Assembly: GCA_050259635.1 (NCBI GenBank)
Contig: JBLNBA010000003.1
Coordinates: forward strand, 1 to 47,399
DNA: 47,399 nt
Reading direction: 5' to 3'
Source of the DNA: Bacillota bacterium
GTDB lineage: Bacteria > Patescibacteriota > Patescibacteriia > Patescibacteriales > UBA12465
How positions within the stretch are numbered: position 1 is the stretch's first letter; each line of letters opens with the position of its first letter. This document shows positions 33,732-42,801 of this stretch, piece after piece. The notes under the pieces were generated by a model. That model was given only the letters and a program-made list of their open reading frames with translations, was not told the DNA's origin and did not search any database. The translations under genes and the position numbers were made by a program.

Positions 33732-35630
33732 TTATGATTGCTTTTCTTCTTGCATGCTTTCTTCAAACTCTCTCTTCGCTTCCTCGATCTCCAGGAGCTG
33801 GCGAGGATCGGAAGTGATGAGCTGGTCTTCCGTATAGGAGGCCACCACCTTCATCGCCACATGCTTATTGCCGGCAAAGAAGATGCCTTCCCCGATGCCG
33901 CACTCGAGCAAGAGATATTTTTCGCCTTCAGTGAGAAGGAAGGTCTTCTGGACCAAGTCGATCGCCGCCGGAGACTGCTTGAGCAGGATCTGCATCGAAG
34001 AGTTGGTAACGATCGCCTGGCCGTATGGCGAGGTGAGAAAGTCATTCACGTCCTGGGTAATAGTGGTGACGCCGAGATAGTACTTGCGGCAGCGCTTCAC
34101 CAGGGCATAGACGAACTTGGCGCTGTCTTCATTCTGCATCATCCACCAGGCTTCATCTATCACCAAAATGCGCTGACGCATTTCGCTGCGGACCGTATTC
34201 CAGATGTAATTGATAATGGTATATATGGCGAGAGGCCTCAGTTCATCCTCCAGATCACGGGTAGAGAAACAGACAAGCTGGTTATCCATCTCGACATTGG
34301 TGGGACTATTCAGGAGCCCGGAAAAGGTGCCTTCAGTGAACTTCTTCAAGCGCAAGGCGAGATCCGCTCCGCCCTCCATGCCTTCCAAGACTTGTTCGAA
34401 ATCCGACATGATCGGCGGTTCGATGACGGAAAGGTCCGAATCCGGAGTAATATCCTTCTTGGCATAAGTCTCAAGCAAGGCGCGATCGACGATCGAGTCT
34501 TCATCATAGCTCAGCTTGCCCAGCATCAGGCGGACCAGACCCTTGAGGGTGATGACGGCGCTGCGGATAATATCTTTCGGCTTGGTCTCACCGGCGATTC
34601 CCCGCGGGAGATCAAAAGGATTGATCTTATTCTCGGAAGCCAACGATATCTTGATATAAGTCCCCCCTACGGCTTCCGCCAAATGCTTATATTCATATTC
34701 CGGATCGATAACGATGACTTCCGTCCCCAGCATCAAAGCCCGGAGGATCTCCAGCTTGATAGCATACGATTTTCCGGCACCGGAAGTGGCAAAAACGACA
34801 GAATTCGCATTCTGCAGGGAGAAACGATCAAAGAGGATAAGGCTGTTATTATGCCGGTTAATCCCGTATAGGACGCCGCGGTCGCTGGTCAATTCGCTGG
34901 AAATAAAAGGGAAAGAGGAAGCGATCGGCGACGAATTCATGTTGAAAGTAATATAGAGCTCATCATTGCAAAGCGGCAAAGTGGAATTGAACCCCTGTTC
35001 GGATTGGAAATACACGCGGCGGGAATATACCAGCCTGGAACCAAAGATATCTTCCACCTGGTCGGACATGCGGTCCAACTCTTCCTGATTATCCGCATAA
35101 AGGGTGACGTAAAGCGAAAACTGAAAGAATTTCTCGGTTCCCTGGGTCAGAGCGTCGCGCAGAGCTTCAATGTCCCGCAAAGCGGTTTCGCGCAGCGGAT
35201 CGCGGGCCGCTCCCTTTTCAGCGTCAGAAATGATCTGAGCCTCCAAAGTACCGACCTTGTTCTTCAGTTGCTTCAGGATGATGGCGCTCTTCACCGGATA
35301 GAAGAACATCGAGACGTCAAAGGTAAGGTTCAAATTGATGATCGGAGCGAACCAGCCAACACTGATATAGCGGGGATAGCTGATAACGAAAAGCGTACGG
35401 ACCAGCTTCGAACCCAGCATGAGATGGTTGGGTTTCACTTGCAAGCTGGCCGGTGAGATAATATCCCGCACCGTCAAGACGCCGCGGCGGAAGGCTTTCT
35501 CTTCCTCGATGATCTCCCGAGTGAGGCGCGGATCCGCTTCGATCGGCTTCTCCTTCCCTTTGGACGCCAAAGTGATCGGGGTGTTCAGCCCGATCTTCTG
35601 CTTGTCCTCATTCTTATTGAAATTGATCAT
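33732..35630 (-). CDS. virB4: VirB4/TrbE-family type IV secretion ATPase
   Basis: Walker A FATSGAGKSYAIK and Walker B RILVIDEAWWMM. The N-terminal domain (ISYPRYISVGWFAPII) is of VirB4 type. The size is 632 aa. Confidence 0.8.
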   Translation of the reverse strand: MINFNKNEDKQKIGLNTPITLASKGKEKPIEADPRLTREIIEEEKAFRRGVLTVRDIISPASLQVKPNHLMLGSKLVRTLFVISYPRYISVGWFAPIINLNLTFDVSMFFYPVKSAIILKQLKNKVGTLEAQIISDAEKGAARDPLRETALRDIEALRDALTQGTEKFFQFSLYVTLYADNQEELDRMSDQVEDIFGSRLVYSRRVYFQSEQGFNSTLPLCNDELYITFNMNSSPIASSFPFISSELTSDRGVLYGINRHNNSLILFDRFSLQNANSVVFATSGAGKSYAIKLEILRALMLGTEVIVIDPEYEYKHLAEAVGGTYIKISLASENKINPFDLPRGIAGETKPKDIIRSAVITLKGLVRLMLGKLSYDEDSIVDRALLETYAKKDITPDSDLSVIEPPIMSDFEQVLEGMEGGADLALRLKKFTEGTFSGLLNSPTNVEMDNQLVCFSTRDLEDELRPLAIYTIINYIWNTVRSEMRQRILVIDEAWWMMQNEDSAKFVYALVKRCRKYYLGVTTITQDVNDFLTSPYGQAIVTNSSMQILLKQSPAAIDLVQKTFLLTEGEKYLLLECGIGEGIFFAGNKHVAMKVVASYTEDQLITSDPRQLLEIEEAKREFEESMQEEKQS

Positions 35631-35638
35631 ACGATTCC

Positions 35639-36325
35639 TTAGTTCTTCTCCACCCTGAGCTTGTCTATTTCGGCCAGGCTCTGGTTCTTGGACGTCTCAG
35701 GGTTATAGGTTTTGTAATACAATTCGATCAGGCTCTGGGTATCCAAGCGAGCGACAGATACGCCCATCGATTCCAAGCCACCGATGACGCTCTCTAAGCG
35801 GCGATTGAGCATTTCCTTATAGCGCTGAAAACCCTTCTCTTTCAGAGAAATCGAAGTCGCCGGCTTGATTGCCTCGCCCAAAAGCGTAAAGAAACCCTTA
35901 TGCTTATCCGAAAGCGGATTATACGGGACGACGACGTAGAAGCGCTTGTTCATGATCTTTCCGATAGAAGTCAGCTCCTTGATATATTCCACATACTCCG
36001 CCGTTTGCATCTTGAGAAGCTTATTCAATTGCTGCTTTTCCTTCTCTTTAAGGTAATTAAGGTAATTATCAATATCCAGTTCGCGCGATTGGATCACGAT
36101 CTCCAGCATGAAGCCGAGATTGTTCAAGAACATCACGTAGGAATTTATCACAGCGTTCTGTTCATCCTCACTTTTCAAGGCGAAATTAATGCTCGATACC
36201 AGCAAGACCGCGCGCAAAGTACCGTCCTTCATGATGACGACGTCGTCCTTTATCTCCGCGATATCCAGATACTGCTGAGTCGAGGAGTTCACTTTGTTAC
36301 GCACCAAGCTATTGGTTTCTGGCAT
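35639..36325 (-). CDS. hypothetical protein resembling the N-terminal domain of Gram-positive VirB4 (ConE/Orf16-type), no ATPase domain
   Basis: IAEIKDDVVIMKDGTLRAVLLVSSINFALKSEDEQNAVINSYVMFLNNLGFMLEIVIQSR follows the pattern I know from the N-termini of Firmicute conjugation ATPases. No Walker motifs are present. Confidence 0.4.
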   Translation of the reverse strand: MPETNSLVRNKVNSSTQQYLDIAEIKDDVVIMKDGTLRAVLLVSSINFALKSEDEQNAVINSYVMFLNNLGFMLEIVIQSRELDIDNYLNYLKEKEKQQLNKLLKMQTAEYVEYIKELTSIGKIMNKRFYVVVPYNPLSDKHKGFFTLLGEAIKPATSISLKEKGFQRYKEMLNRRLESVIGGLESMGVSVARLDTQSLIELYYKTYNPETSKNQSLAEIDKLRVEKN

Positions 36326-36330
36326 ATAGA

Positions 36331-36759
36331 TTAATTATTTCCTTCCTCACCGCGATATCTTCCCTTCGTATCCACCACCAGGGCGAGTTCCGCCAATCGT
36401 GAATTCTGGAAAGGATCTTTCGGTTTAGATGCTTCCGCCGGCTTAGCTGTTACCTCGATATCCGGTGTTATGGGATTTTGAGCCTGAGCCCAAACACGGA
36501 GCTTGGGACGGCGGAAAGTCTGGATAAAATTTAGGATGAAAAAATGGAAGGGGCGGCCGTTGACCTTCACGAACGAAAAGATGCCGGCGATCATGGATAA
36601 GATGATGGCGATGGTAAGGAAAAGAGCGAAATCGAACAACTTGTAGCTCAAACCGATGATTATCGCCGTACTCAAGAAAATCAAAAACTGGCGCGTCGTT
36701 ATCGGTCCGATAATCTTGCTTTCCACGTCGATGAATTGAGGTACGGTGAATTGCTGCAT
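36331..36759 (-). CDS. PrgI-family (VirB3-like) small membrane protein
   Basis: MQQFTVPQFIDVESKIIGPITTRQFLIFLSTAIIIGL followed by a second TM is the PrgI-type signature. It is positioned upstream of virB4, as in Gram-positive T4SS. Confidence 0.55.
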   Translation of the reverse strand: MQQFTVPQFIDVESKIIGPITTRQFLIFLSTAIIIGLSYKLFDFALFLTIAIILSMIAGIFSFVKVNGRPFHFFILNFIQTFRRPKLRVWAQAQNPITPDIEVTAKPAEASKPKDPFQNSRLAELALVVDTKGRYRGEEGNN

Positions 36760-36760
36760 A

Positions 36761-38305
36761 TTAAAACATGAGCTGAGAATTCATGGCTACCACGGCTTCG
36801 ATTTCTTCCATCGTCAGGGTTTCTTTCTTTTCCGCCTGGCGGGCAGCCACAGCATCGCGCAAAGTCACTCCTTTCATCACCGCTTCTTGCGCCAAGCGCA
36901 GATAGAGACGGTTTACCGGGCTCTGTCGCCAAGCCTTTACTCCCTCGACCATGCGGTCATAGCCATCCTTCTCGAGAAGACGGATCTTCATTACGATCTT
37001 TGCGCAAATTTCTTGAGGGTCCTTGCCTAAGCGGCGAAAATTCAAGACATCGAGAAAACGGAGTTCTTCCAAAGGACCCATTACCTTGGGTTTCAACTTC
37101 ACATCCTCGATCTTAGGGCGGGATTCGCTGGAGGCGGCCGGACGCACTGCCGTCTGGGTCTTCGCTACCGCTTCCATCACCGCTTCTTCCAGATGATGGG
37201 ATCCAGCCACCGCCGCCGGAGCGATAGTCGGCTTAGGAGCGTTTTGCTTGAATAATTTCCCCCATAAGCCCTTCATTTCATCGGGCTTCTTGGCAGTCGG
37301 AGGAACGATGCTCGTTTTGGCAAGGTTAGACGGCTTATTCTCAGCTATGGATTTAGCGGCAACCGGAGCAGGAGTAGGCTTAACAGGCTCCGCCTTCGAT
37401 GCCGGCGCTATAGGCTGCTTTGCTGCTAAAGGCTTCTGTTCTGTCTTCATCGGAACGGCCGTTACTGGGACGGGAACATTAGGTTTGATGGACTCCGCTT
37501 CCTTTTCCGGCACCCCTAACACCGGGATATTATCCGGCGCTTCAATCGCTATCTGTTTCTTCGGAGCGGAAATTTCATGAGCAGTATCGTCTTTAGCGGC
37601 CTTGAATCTATCCGCCAGCGCCGCCGGCGGCTTTATCTCCCCCCGAGCTAATGCTGACTTGAAATCATAAGCAGGAACATCATTCTTGCGGATAAGTTCA
37701 TCAATGGGATTGACCGATTTTTCGGGCTGCGGCTGCTCGACAACAGGCCGGGGAGATTCAGGTTTCTTATCCACCGGAACGAAACCCGCAGGGCGATCGA
37801 GAGCGCGGATCAAACGATCCGCGGCGGCAGGATCCAAAGACAAGCCACCTTCATTGGCCGGGCGCACCAAGGCATCGCGGGCATCGATCTTGGAACGTAC
37901 TCCCCGACGATACGTATTTAGGATCAGGCGACAGCGGACGACTAGGTCTTGAGAAGCCAATATGACTCCATTCTCTTTCATCAAAACTTCGATTTCTTTA
38001 TCTTCCGTATTTAAAGGTGCGGCAGGCTTGAGACCGAGATAGGCGGCCACCAAAAAGAATAATTTTTCCTGTAGTTCTCGAGCCAACGACTGTGCCTTCT
38101 CCGGAGCGAGAGATAATTCGGCCACGAAATAAGAAGGCAAGTCTCGAACAGGAATCTGTTTGATCATCACCAGCATAACGACCATCGCCAGGCTGATGCC
38201 GTATTTGGATTCCAAAGACGACAAAATCTCCATCGCCGCGGGCGAGGAGACTTTTTCTCTCAATTCTTTAGGTAACTTATTGAATTGTTGCAAGTAATCG
38301 AACAT
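36761..38305 (-). CDS. hypothetical protein, paralogous N-terminal domain shared with 38463-39392, Pro/Ala-rich middle
   Basis: The N-terminus FNKLPKELREKVSSPAAMEILSSLESKYGISLAMVVMLVMIKQIPVRDLPSYF aligns with the neighbour's FRKLPRELKELFGGPDAMESILEIEERYRINTSFVVVLVAIGDLSVQDVASYL. A long PA/PV/PK low-complexity linker follows. Confidence 0.6.
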   Translation of the reverse strand: MFDYLQQFNKLPKELREKVSSPAAMEILSSLESKYGISLAMVVMLVMIKQIPVRDLPSYFVAELSLAPEKAQSLARELQEKLFFLVAAYLGLKPAAPLNTEDKEIEVLMKENGVILASQDLVVRCRLILNTYRRGVRSKIDARDALVRPANEGGLSLDPAAADRLIRALDRPAGFVPVDKKPESPRPVVEQPQPEKSVNPIDELIRKNDVPAYDFKSALARGEIKPPAALADRFKAAKDDTAHEISAPKKQIAIEAPDNIPVLGVPEKEAESIKPNVPVPVTAVPMKTEQKPLAAKQPIAPASKAEPVKPTPAPVAAKSIAENKPSNLAKTSIVPPTAKKPDEMKGLWGKLFKQNAPKPTIAPAAVAGSHHLEEAVMEAVAKTQTAVRPAASSESRPKIEDVKLKPKVMGPLEELRFLDVLNFRRLGKDPQEICAKIVMKIRLLEKDGYDRMVEGVKAWRQSPVNRLYLRLAQEAVMKGVTLRDAVAARQAEKKETLTMEEIEAVVAMNSQLMF

Positions 38306-38365
38306 GGGAAATGGGGATGTATAAGAAAATAGCTCAGCCGAAAATCTACTGCGGGCATTATCTTC

Positions 38366-38374
38366 ATTTTAGCA
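38366..38374 (-). promoter_or_regulatory. extended -10 promoter element candidate for the 38305 transcription unit
   Basis: The minus strand reads TGCTAAAAT (TGn plus TAAAAT). It lies between the terminator at 38429-38456 and the ATG at 38305. Confidence 0.4.
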
Positions 38375-38428
38375 TATATGGCCAAAAATGGAAAAGATGA
38401 TTAGGGCTATAAATAGACTGAATACTAA

Positions 38429-38456
38429 ATAAAAAACCGCCCCAGACGGGGCGGCT
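38429..38456 (-). terminator. strong intrinsic terminator inside the T4SS-like cluster
   Basis: CCGCCCC (38437-38443) pairs with GGGGCGG (38448-38454) around an AGAC loop. The A6 run at 38431-38436 gives a U-tract on the minus strand. Confidence 0.8.
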
Positions 38457-38462
38457 TCCAAT

Positions 38463-39392
38463 CTAATTTTTTACGGCGGCAGTCATCCGCAACCGGTCTA
38501 ATTCCTGTTTTATAACCTTATATTCCAGGCTGTCCGAGGGATAGTCGTTTAGAGCTGCTTGGAGCTTGGAGGCTTGGGACTCTTCTGCGGGCACAATTTC
38601 CGGCTCAGGTTTCTCTTGGATAGGCCTGGATATAGATTTCCTCTCCGGTAACGGTGCCGGATCTTCCTTATGAGTGGTTTCCAAAGGGATAAAATTCCAC
38701 AGCTTAACCGGCTTCTTATCCGTTATTTCATCGAAGTAAGCGACATTGCGATAAAAACGTAAAGCCCGGCCCAAAATGATCTTATCCGCTTCCGCCAACT
38801 GGGAAGCATTAGGTGAATCGCTCAGATAATGGGCCAGGACGAGCTCATCGAAATTGCCGGCCCCGCTGGCAGCTGCGAAATCCTTAATCCAATTAGCCAG
38901 CGTCGGCTGCGCCGAGCCTTTTCCCGAAATAATTTTTTTCTCCCCGATCTTGATCGGATGGTTGAGCAAGGCGTTTTCCAATTCCGCAAGGAGCTCCGGG
39001 CGTTTAGTCAGGCTGCTAAAAAAATGTTGATTGAAATTCTCGGCGGCCTGGGGATCCGACAATAAATCCAAAAGCTTTTCCTTTGCTTCCGTGATCCCGT
39101 CAAATTCCTTCCCCGGCAAAAGCAAAGCCAGAGAAAATATTTCCCTAAGCAGTATGCTGGATATTTCTACCGCATCTTCTTCGCTTAAGCCATGTTTCAA
39201 TTGCAGATAAGAGGCCACATCCTGGACAGACAGGTCGCCGATGGCCACCAGGACCACGACAAAACTAGTATTGATTCGATATCTTTCCTCTATCTCCAAG
39301 ATGCTTTCCATGGCATCGGGTCCGCCAAAAAGTTCTTTTAATTCCCGAGGAAGCTTGCGGAATCTTTCCAAGCATTGAGCGATATATTCCAT
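38463..39392 (-). CDS. hypothetical protein, paralog (N-terminal domain) of 36761-38305
   Basis: See the alignment of N-termini given for 36761-38305. The size is 309 aa, with no TM segment. Confidence 0.6.
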   Translation of the reverse strand: MEYIAQCLERFRKLPRELKELFGGPDAMESILEIEERYRINTSFVVVLVAIGDLSVQDVASYLQLKHGLSEEDAVEISSILLREIFSLALLLPGKEFDGITEAKEKLLDLLSDPQAAENFNQHFFSSLTKRPELLAELENALLNHPIKIGEKKIISGKGSAQPTLANWIKDFAAASGAGNFDELVLAHYLSDSPNASQLAEADKIILGRALRFYRNVAYFDEITDKKPVKLWNFIPLETTHKEDPAPLPERKSISRPIQEKPEPEIVPAEESQASKLQAALNDYPSDSLEYKVIKQELDRLRMTAAVKN

Positions 39393-39396
39393 AGTA

Positions 39397-42084
39397 TTAT
39401 GCTTTTATCTCTGGGTTATCGAAATCGGAGACCTTGGGCAGTTGGTTATATATCACATCCATCTCCAGAGGCGTCTCCGCTTTGTCGGCGCCTAGGATCG
39501 GCAGGACGCCGCCTGTCTCCTTGCCGCCGGAAGCAACCTTGCTCCCCAAGCTCTTAAACCAGCGGGCGAAATGGGCTCTAGTGGCCACTTTCGATAAGTC
39601 ACCGCCTTTAGGAGCGGCAAACTTAAGTTCCAGATCATTAAGCTTTTCGGCAAAATTGTCTAGAGAGGCCGTAGCCTGAGAGGCGTCAATCTTAACAGCC
39701 ATTCCCTTTTCTTCTTCATCAAACACGATATCTTGCGGTTTCTTGGTTTCCGGCTTCTCTTTCAAGATATCGTCTATCTGGCTTCTATCGGAGCGAGCTG
39801 CATAATTGCGGGTTTCAATGATCTTCTGAGTAGCGGATTCGACATCCTTTTCATTATCTATTCCCTGGGCATGGATGGATTCATGGATCATCGTTTCCTT
39901 CACATCGCCGACCTTGTAATCGGCTGCGCTGGAATTAACCAATTGGACGTTGCTCAACGCTTTCGGGTCGGCAAGGCGGGTTTGAGCTTCTTTCAAATTA
40001 GATAGCCTGACCTCTTCTCCCTGAGTACGTATTGGTTTTGCTTCTAGCGAGAAGATTTCCGATCCGATAACGGAAGACATCTTTTCTGCAATCTTTCCGA
40101 TCAAGGTCGGGTCGGTGGTATTGATGCCTCTCGTATTGCGCCAATCCTTATCCCCTTCCGCTCCTTTCTTTATCTCCGGGATACCAAGCTTATCAAAATC
40201 CACCGCCATCACCGAGTTTCCCTTGGCAAAGCCATTGATGGCCGTGTTGCCATTTCCGCGCGGCTGTTCCTGATTTTCAAGCGGCACGCTTTCATGCTCT
40301 TCAACCACTTTATTCTTAGATACTAAGTAGTCTGTCCGATGTTTTCCTTCACGACGAAGTTCTTCTAAATCATCCGGCGAAGGCGGACGCGTCGCGTTCA
40401 TGTAGCTTCCGTAAGTATTTTCGCTATACCCTGGATCCCTTCGATCTATATTTTGCATGGTATTTCCCTTAGAATCCATCCCAGGCACAAAGGTAGCGAG
40501 ATGAGCATCCTGCCTTCCATAATTGTAAGCACCTCTTTCATCGGAGTTCCTCTGGACATAAGATAAGGCGCGCCCTCTCAAGGCAGCCCCAGATTTTCCA
40601 ATCGCATGCCATTCGGCATCGCTCAATTTTCCCATCGTTTCTTTGCTCATCCCCGCTAAAGCATCGGCTATCTTGACAGGATTCCCGAGAGCACTTGGCA
40701 TCTTATCTGCAGCCTTGCTCTTCAATGCCTGACCCATGGCAGTTATTCCCCCTCCTTCCTTAACATAACGGCCGATTACGCGAGCATCTTTCAGATCATT
40801 AATCTTTGCTTCGGCTTTATCAGAGACTTTCTTTTGCGCCTTATTCAATCCCACTAAGCTTCTGGTAGCCAAACCTCGGACGCCAGTAGCGGCCAAGGCC
40901 TTGCCCAGCACTCCGGATTGGCTAGCGACGGTTCCAAGCTTATCTTTCAGCTTAACCTTCTTCGCTAAACCTAACCCTACGCTTGTGGCTCCGCCCACTA
41001 GCGCACCCTTACCGAAAGCCATGGCTCCTGAGCCCATCTTATTCAGCCTGCTCATTCCTTTGCCAGCGATGGAACCGGCCGACCCGCCGATCTCCTGCGC
41101 GATTTTCAAGCCGCCGATCAGCATGCCGATGGCGAGCACGAACTTAATCAAGGCACTCGGACGAGAGGCTTCAGTTACAGACACCGGCTCGTCGCTTAAC
41201 TGGCCGATATCGTTCGAAACCTCATTATCTGCCGCCGTATAATTAACATCATTACCGGTCTGCAGCATCATCAAAGAGAGCCAAATAAAGAAAGCCAAGA
41301 CCGGACCGACAATGAGGTTCTTCGTAAAATCAGACCACCATTTGGAAGCATATGTTCCTCCCCCAGGAAAAGCGGAAAGCAAGTATGCTAAAGGCGAAAG
41401 CACGACATAGATCCAGATCATCACGAGCCGCATGACCAGGATCATGAGCATAGTGGTTATCACGACCAAGCTAATGATCATGTATATCAAGCCCAAGACA
41501 TACGCCCCGATAATCGCCCAGAAACCGGCATCTTCCGAACTGTTTGCAAAAGTAATGACATCCCTGATCCCCAGCATGTCAATCAGGTTGCCCCCGGCAA
41601 TATCTTTGAAAGAGTTGACGAAGGTAAGCATGACAATCTGGGTAACATCGATCAGGAGACCGCAAATCGTCTTGGAAAAATTCACCAGGATCGCCATTAA
41701 AACCAGCTTCGGGAGCCATTTCCTATAGCTGTAATTCTCGTAATTCAAGATGGTAGAGAAAGCAATGATGAGAAGCACCACCACGAAAAACATGTTGGCG
41801 AGGTCACGCACGATCCGCCAGCCCTCGATGACTCCCTGCTGATTGATAAAATCCTGGTAAGAAGCGACCAGTATCAAGCACTTCACTACCAGGACCAGGA
41901 TCTGTCCTAAAGCCCAGATTATAGCGCCAATTATGGACCCTAGAATCTCTCCCGCCCACTCCGCGGCGGCAAAGGCGTGAGGGGCAAGCAGAAAACTGGC
42001 GAATATTAATATTACCGCCGGAATCAGAGTCGCTGCGCGCGTCATCTTGACCTTACCCTTTAACATGTTTAAAAATCTCAACAT
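39397..42084 (-). CDS. VirB6/TrbL-like polytopic membrane protein with a ~560-aa soluble C-terminal extension
   Basis: Signal-like MTRAATLIPAVILIFASFLLAPHAFA, then about 7 TM helices (aa ~40-330) in a TrbL-like arrangement, then a long Gly/Ala/Lys-rich and charged C-terminal region. Possible ATG starts are at 42084, 42066 and 42045. Confidence 0.5.
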   Translation of the reverse strand: MLRFLNMLKGKVKMTRAATLIPAVILIFASFLLAPHAFAAAEWAGEILGSIIGAIIWALGQILVLVVKCLILVASYQDFINQQGVIEGWRIVRDLANMFFVVVLLIIAFSTILNYENYSYRKWLPKLVLMAILVNFSKTICGLLIDVTQIVMLTFVNSFKDIAGGNLIDMLGIRDVITFANSSEDAGFWAIIGAYVLGLIYMIISLVVITTMLMILVMRLVMIWIYVVLSPLAYLLSAFPGGGTYASKWWSDFTKNLIVGPVLAFFIWLSLMMLQTGNDVNYTAADNEVSNDIGQLSDEPVSVTEASRPSALIKFVLAIGMLIGGLKIAQEIGGSAGSIAGKGMSRLNKMGSGAMAFGKGALVGGATSVGLGLAKKVKLKDKLGTVASQSGVLGKALAATGVRGLATRSLVGLNKAQKKVSDKAEAKINDLKDARVIGRYVKEGGGITAMGQALKSKAADKMPSALGNPVKIADALAGMSKETMGKLSDAEWHAIGKSGAALRGRALSYVQRNSDERGAYNYGRQDAHLATFVPGMDSKGNTMQNIDRRDPGYSENTYGSYMNATRPPSPDDLEELRREGKHRTDYLVSKNKVVEEHESVPLENQEQPRGNGNTAINGFAKGNSVMAVDFDKLGIPEIKKGAEGDKDWRNTRGINTTDPTLIGKIAEKMSSVIGSEIFSLEAKPIRTQGEEVRLSNLKEAQTRLADPKALSNVQLVNSSAADYKVGDVKETMIHESIHAQGIDNEKDVESATQKIIETRNYAARSDRSQIDDILKEKPETKKPQDIVFDEEEKGMAVKIDASQATASLDNFAEKLNDLELKFAAPKGGDLSKVATRAHFARWFKSLGSKVASGGKETGGVLPILGADKAETPLEMDVIYNQLPKVSDFDNPEIKA

Positions 42085-42088
42085 ATCC

Positions 42089-42679
42089 TTAATCCAAATT
42101 GAAAAGACTTTTTAAAATTTCAATAGCGGAACGGAGAGGATTGCTTACCACTCCCATTATCATCGCTATTACCGACAAAATACCCAGGAACAGGAATAGC
42201 AACGCCAGAGTGACAGCGGCAACCCCGATAGTCTCTCCCATTCTTTGAGAGCTGCCTTTCGCATCTCTTTGCTGTACGGTCATGCCGGGCTTATCTCCCC
42301 ATTCAGCCCCTAAAGGCGCGAAGAAACGCTCGCCAAACACATTCCGCAAAAACAAATGGACGTATACGTAAAGGAAAGAAAAACCGAAAGTGGCCACAAT
42401 ATTTTTCCAGGCCGATTGTAACATGCGGCTTGATCCGGTGCTCAGGCTTGCTTGGGATGGAGCTTGTTTTATCGACCCTTCTGCATCCACACCTTTAGAA
42501 CCAAACTTCCGCCGCTGGCCCCGGCTGGATTGCCAATCTGCTGAGGAACCGGCATTAAATCCCCTGACTCGCCGGCGCAACTCCCCCGCCCGATCCGTGC
42601 TAGCTTCAGGCTCTTCCTCTTGGTCCGTCTCTTTTTCCTCAATGGGGCTCGCCTGCAGGAGGCGATCGTCAATAGACAT
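42089..42679 (-). CDS. hypothetical membrane protein (disordered charged N-terminus plus two C-terminal TM helices)
   Basis: The TM helices are NIVATFGFSFLYVYVHLFL and IGVAAVTLALLFLFLGILSVIAMIMGVV. It is the first gene of the cluster. A VirB2-like role is only a guess from the two-TM layout. Confidence 0.5.
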   Translation of the reverse strand: MSIDDRLLQASPIEEKETDQEEEPEASTDRAGELRRRVRGFNAGSSADWQSSRGQRRKFGSKGVDAEGSIKQAPSQASLSTGSSRMLQSAWKNIVATFGFSFLYVYVHLFLRNVFGERFFAPLGAEWGDKPGMTVQQRDAKGSSQRMGETIGVAAVTLALLFLFLGILSVIAMIMGVVSNPLRSAIEILKSLFNLD

Positions 42680-42801
42680 AAAATGCGCCGAAGCTTATGG
42701 TTCGTTACCTATATTTTACTATAACCACAGGGAAAAGGAAAGGAAATCTCTCTTTGGCTTGCCTTTACTTTTCGGCTTCTATAAGGTAATTTTATAGTAT
42801 A

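Noticed and set aside
33738-34871. 377-aa plus-strand ORF antisense to virB4
   Set aside because: It lies entirely inside a well-supported minus-strand gene. The translation is low-complexity (R/L/G/D-rich) and has no motifs. It is a typical shadow ORF.
39871-39885. HExxH (HESIH) in the C-terminal extension of the VirB6-like protein as a metalloprotease site
   Set aside because: A five-residue motif is expected by chance fairly often in an 895-aa protein. I see no third ligand or Met-turn context. It is kept only as a note.
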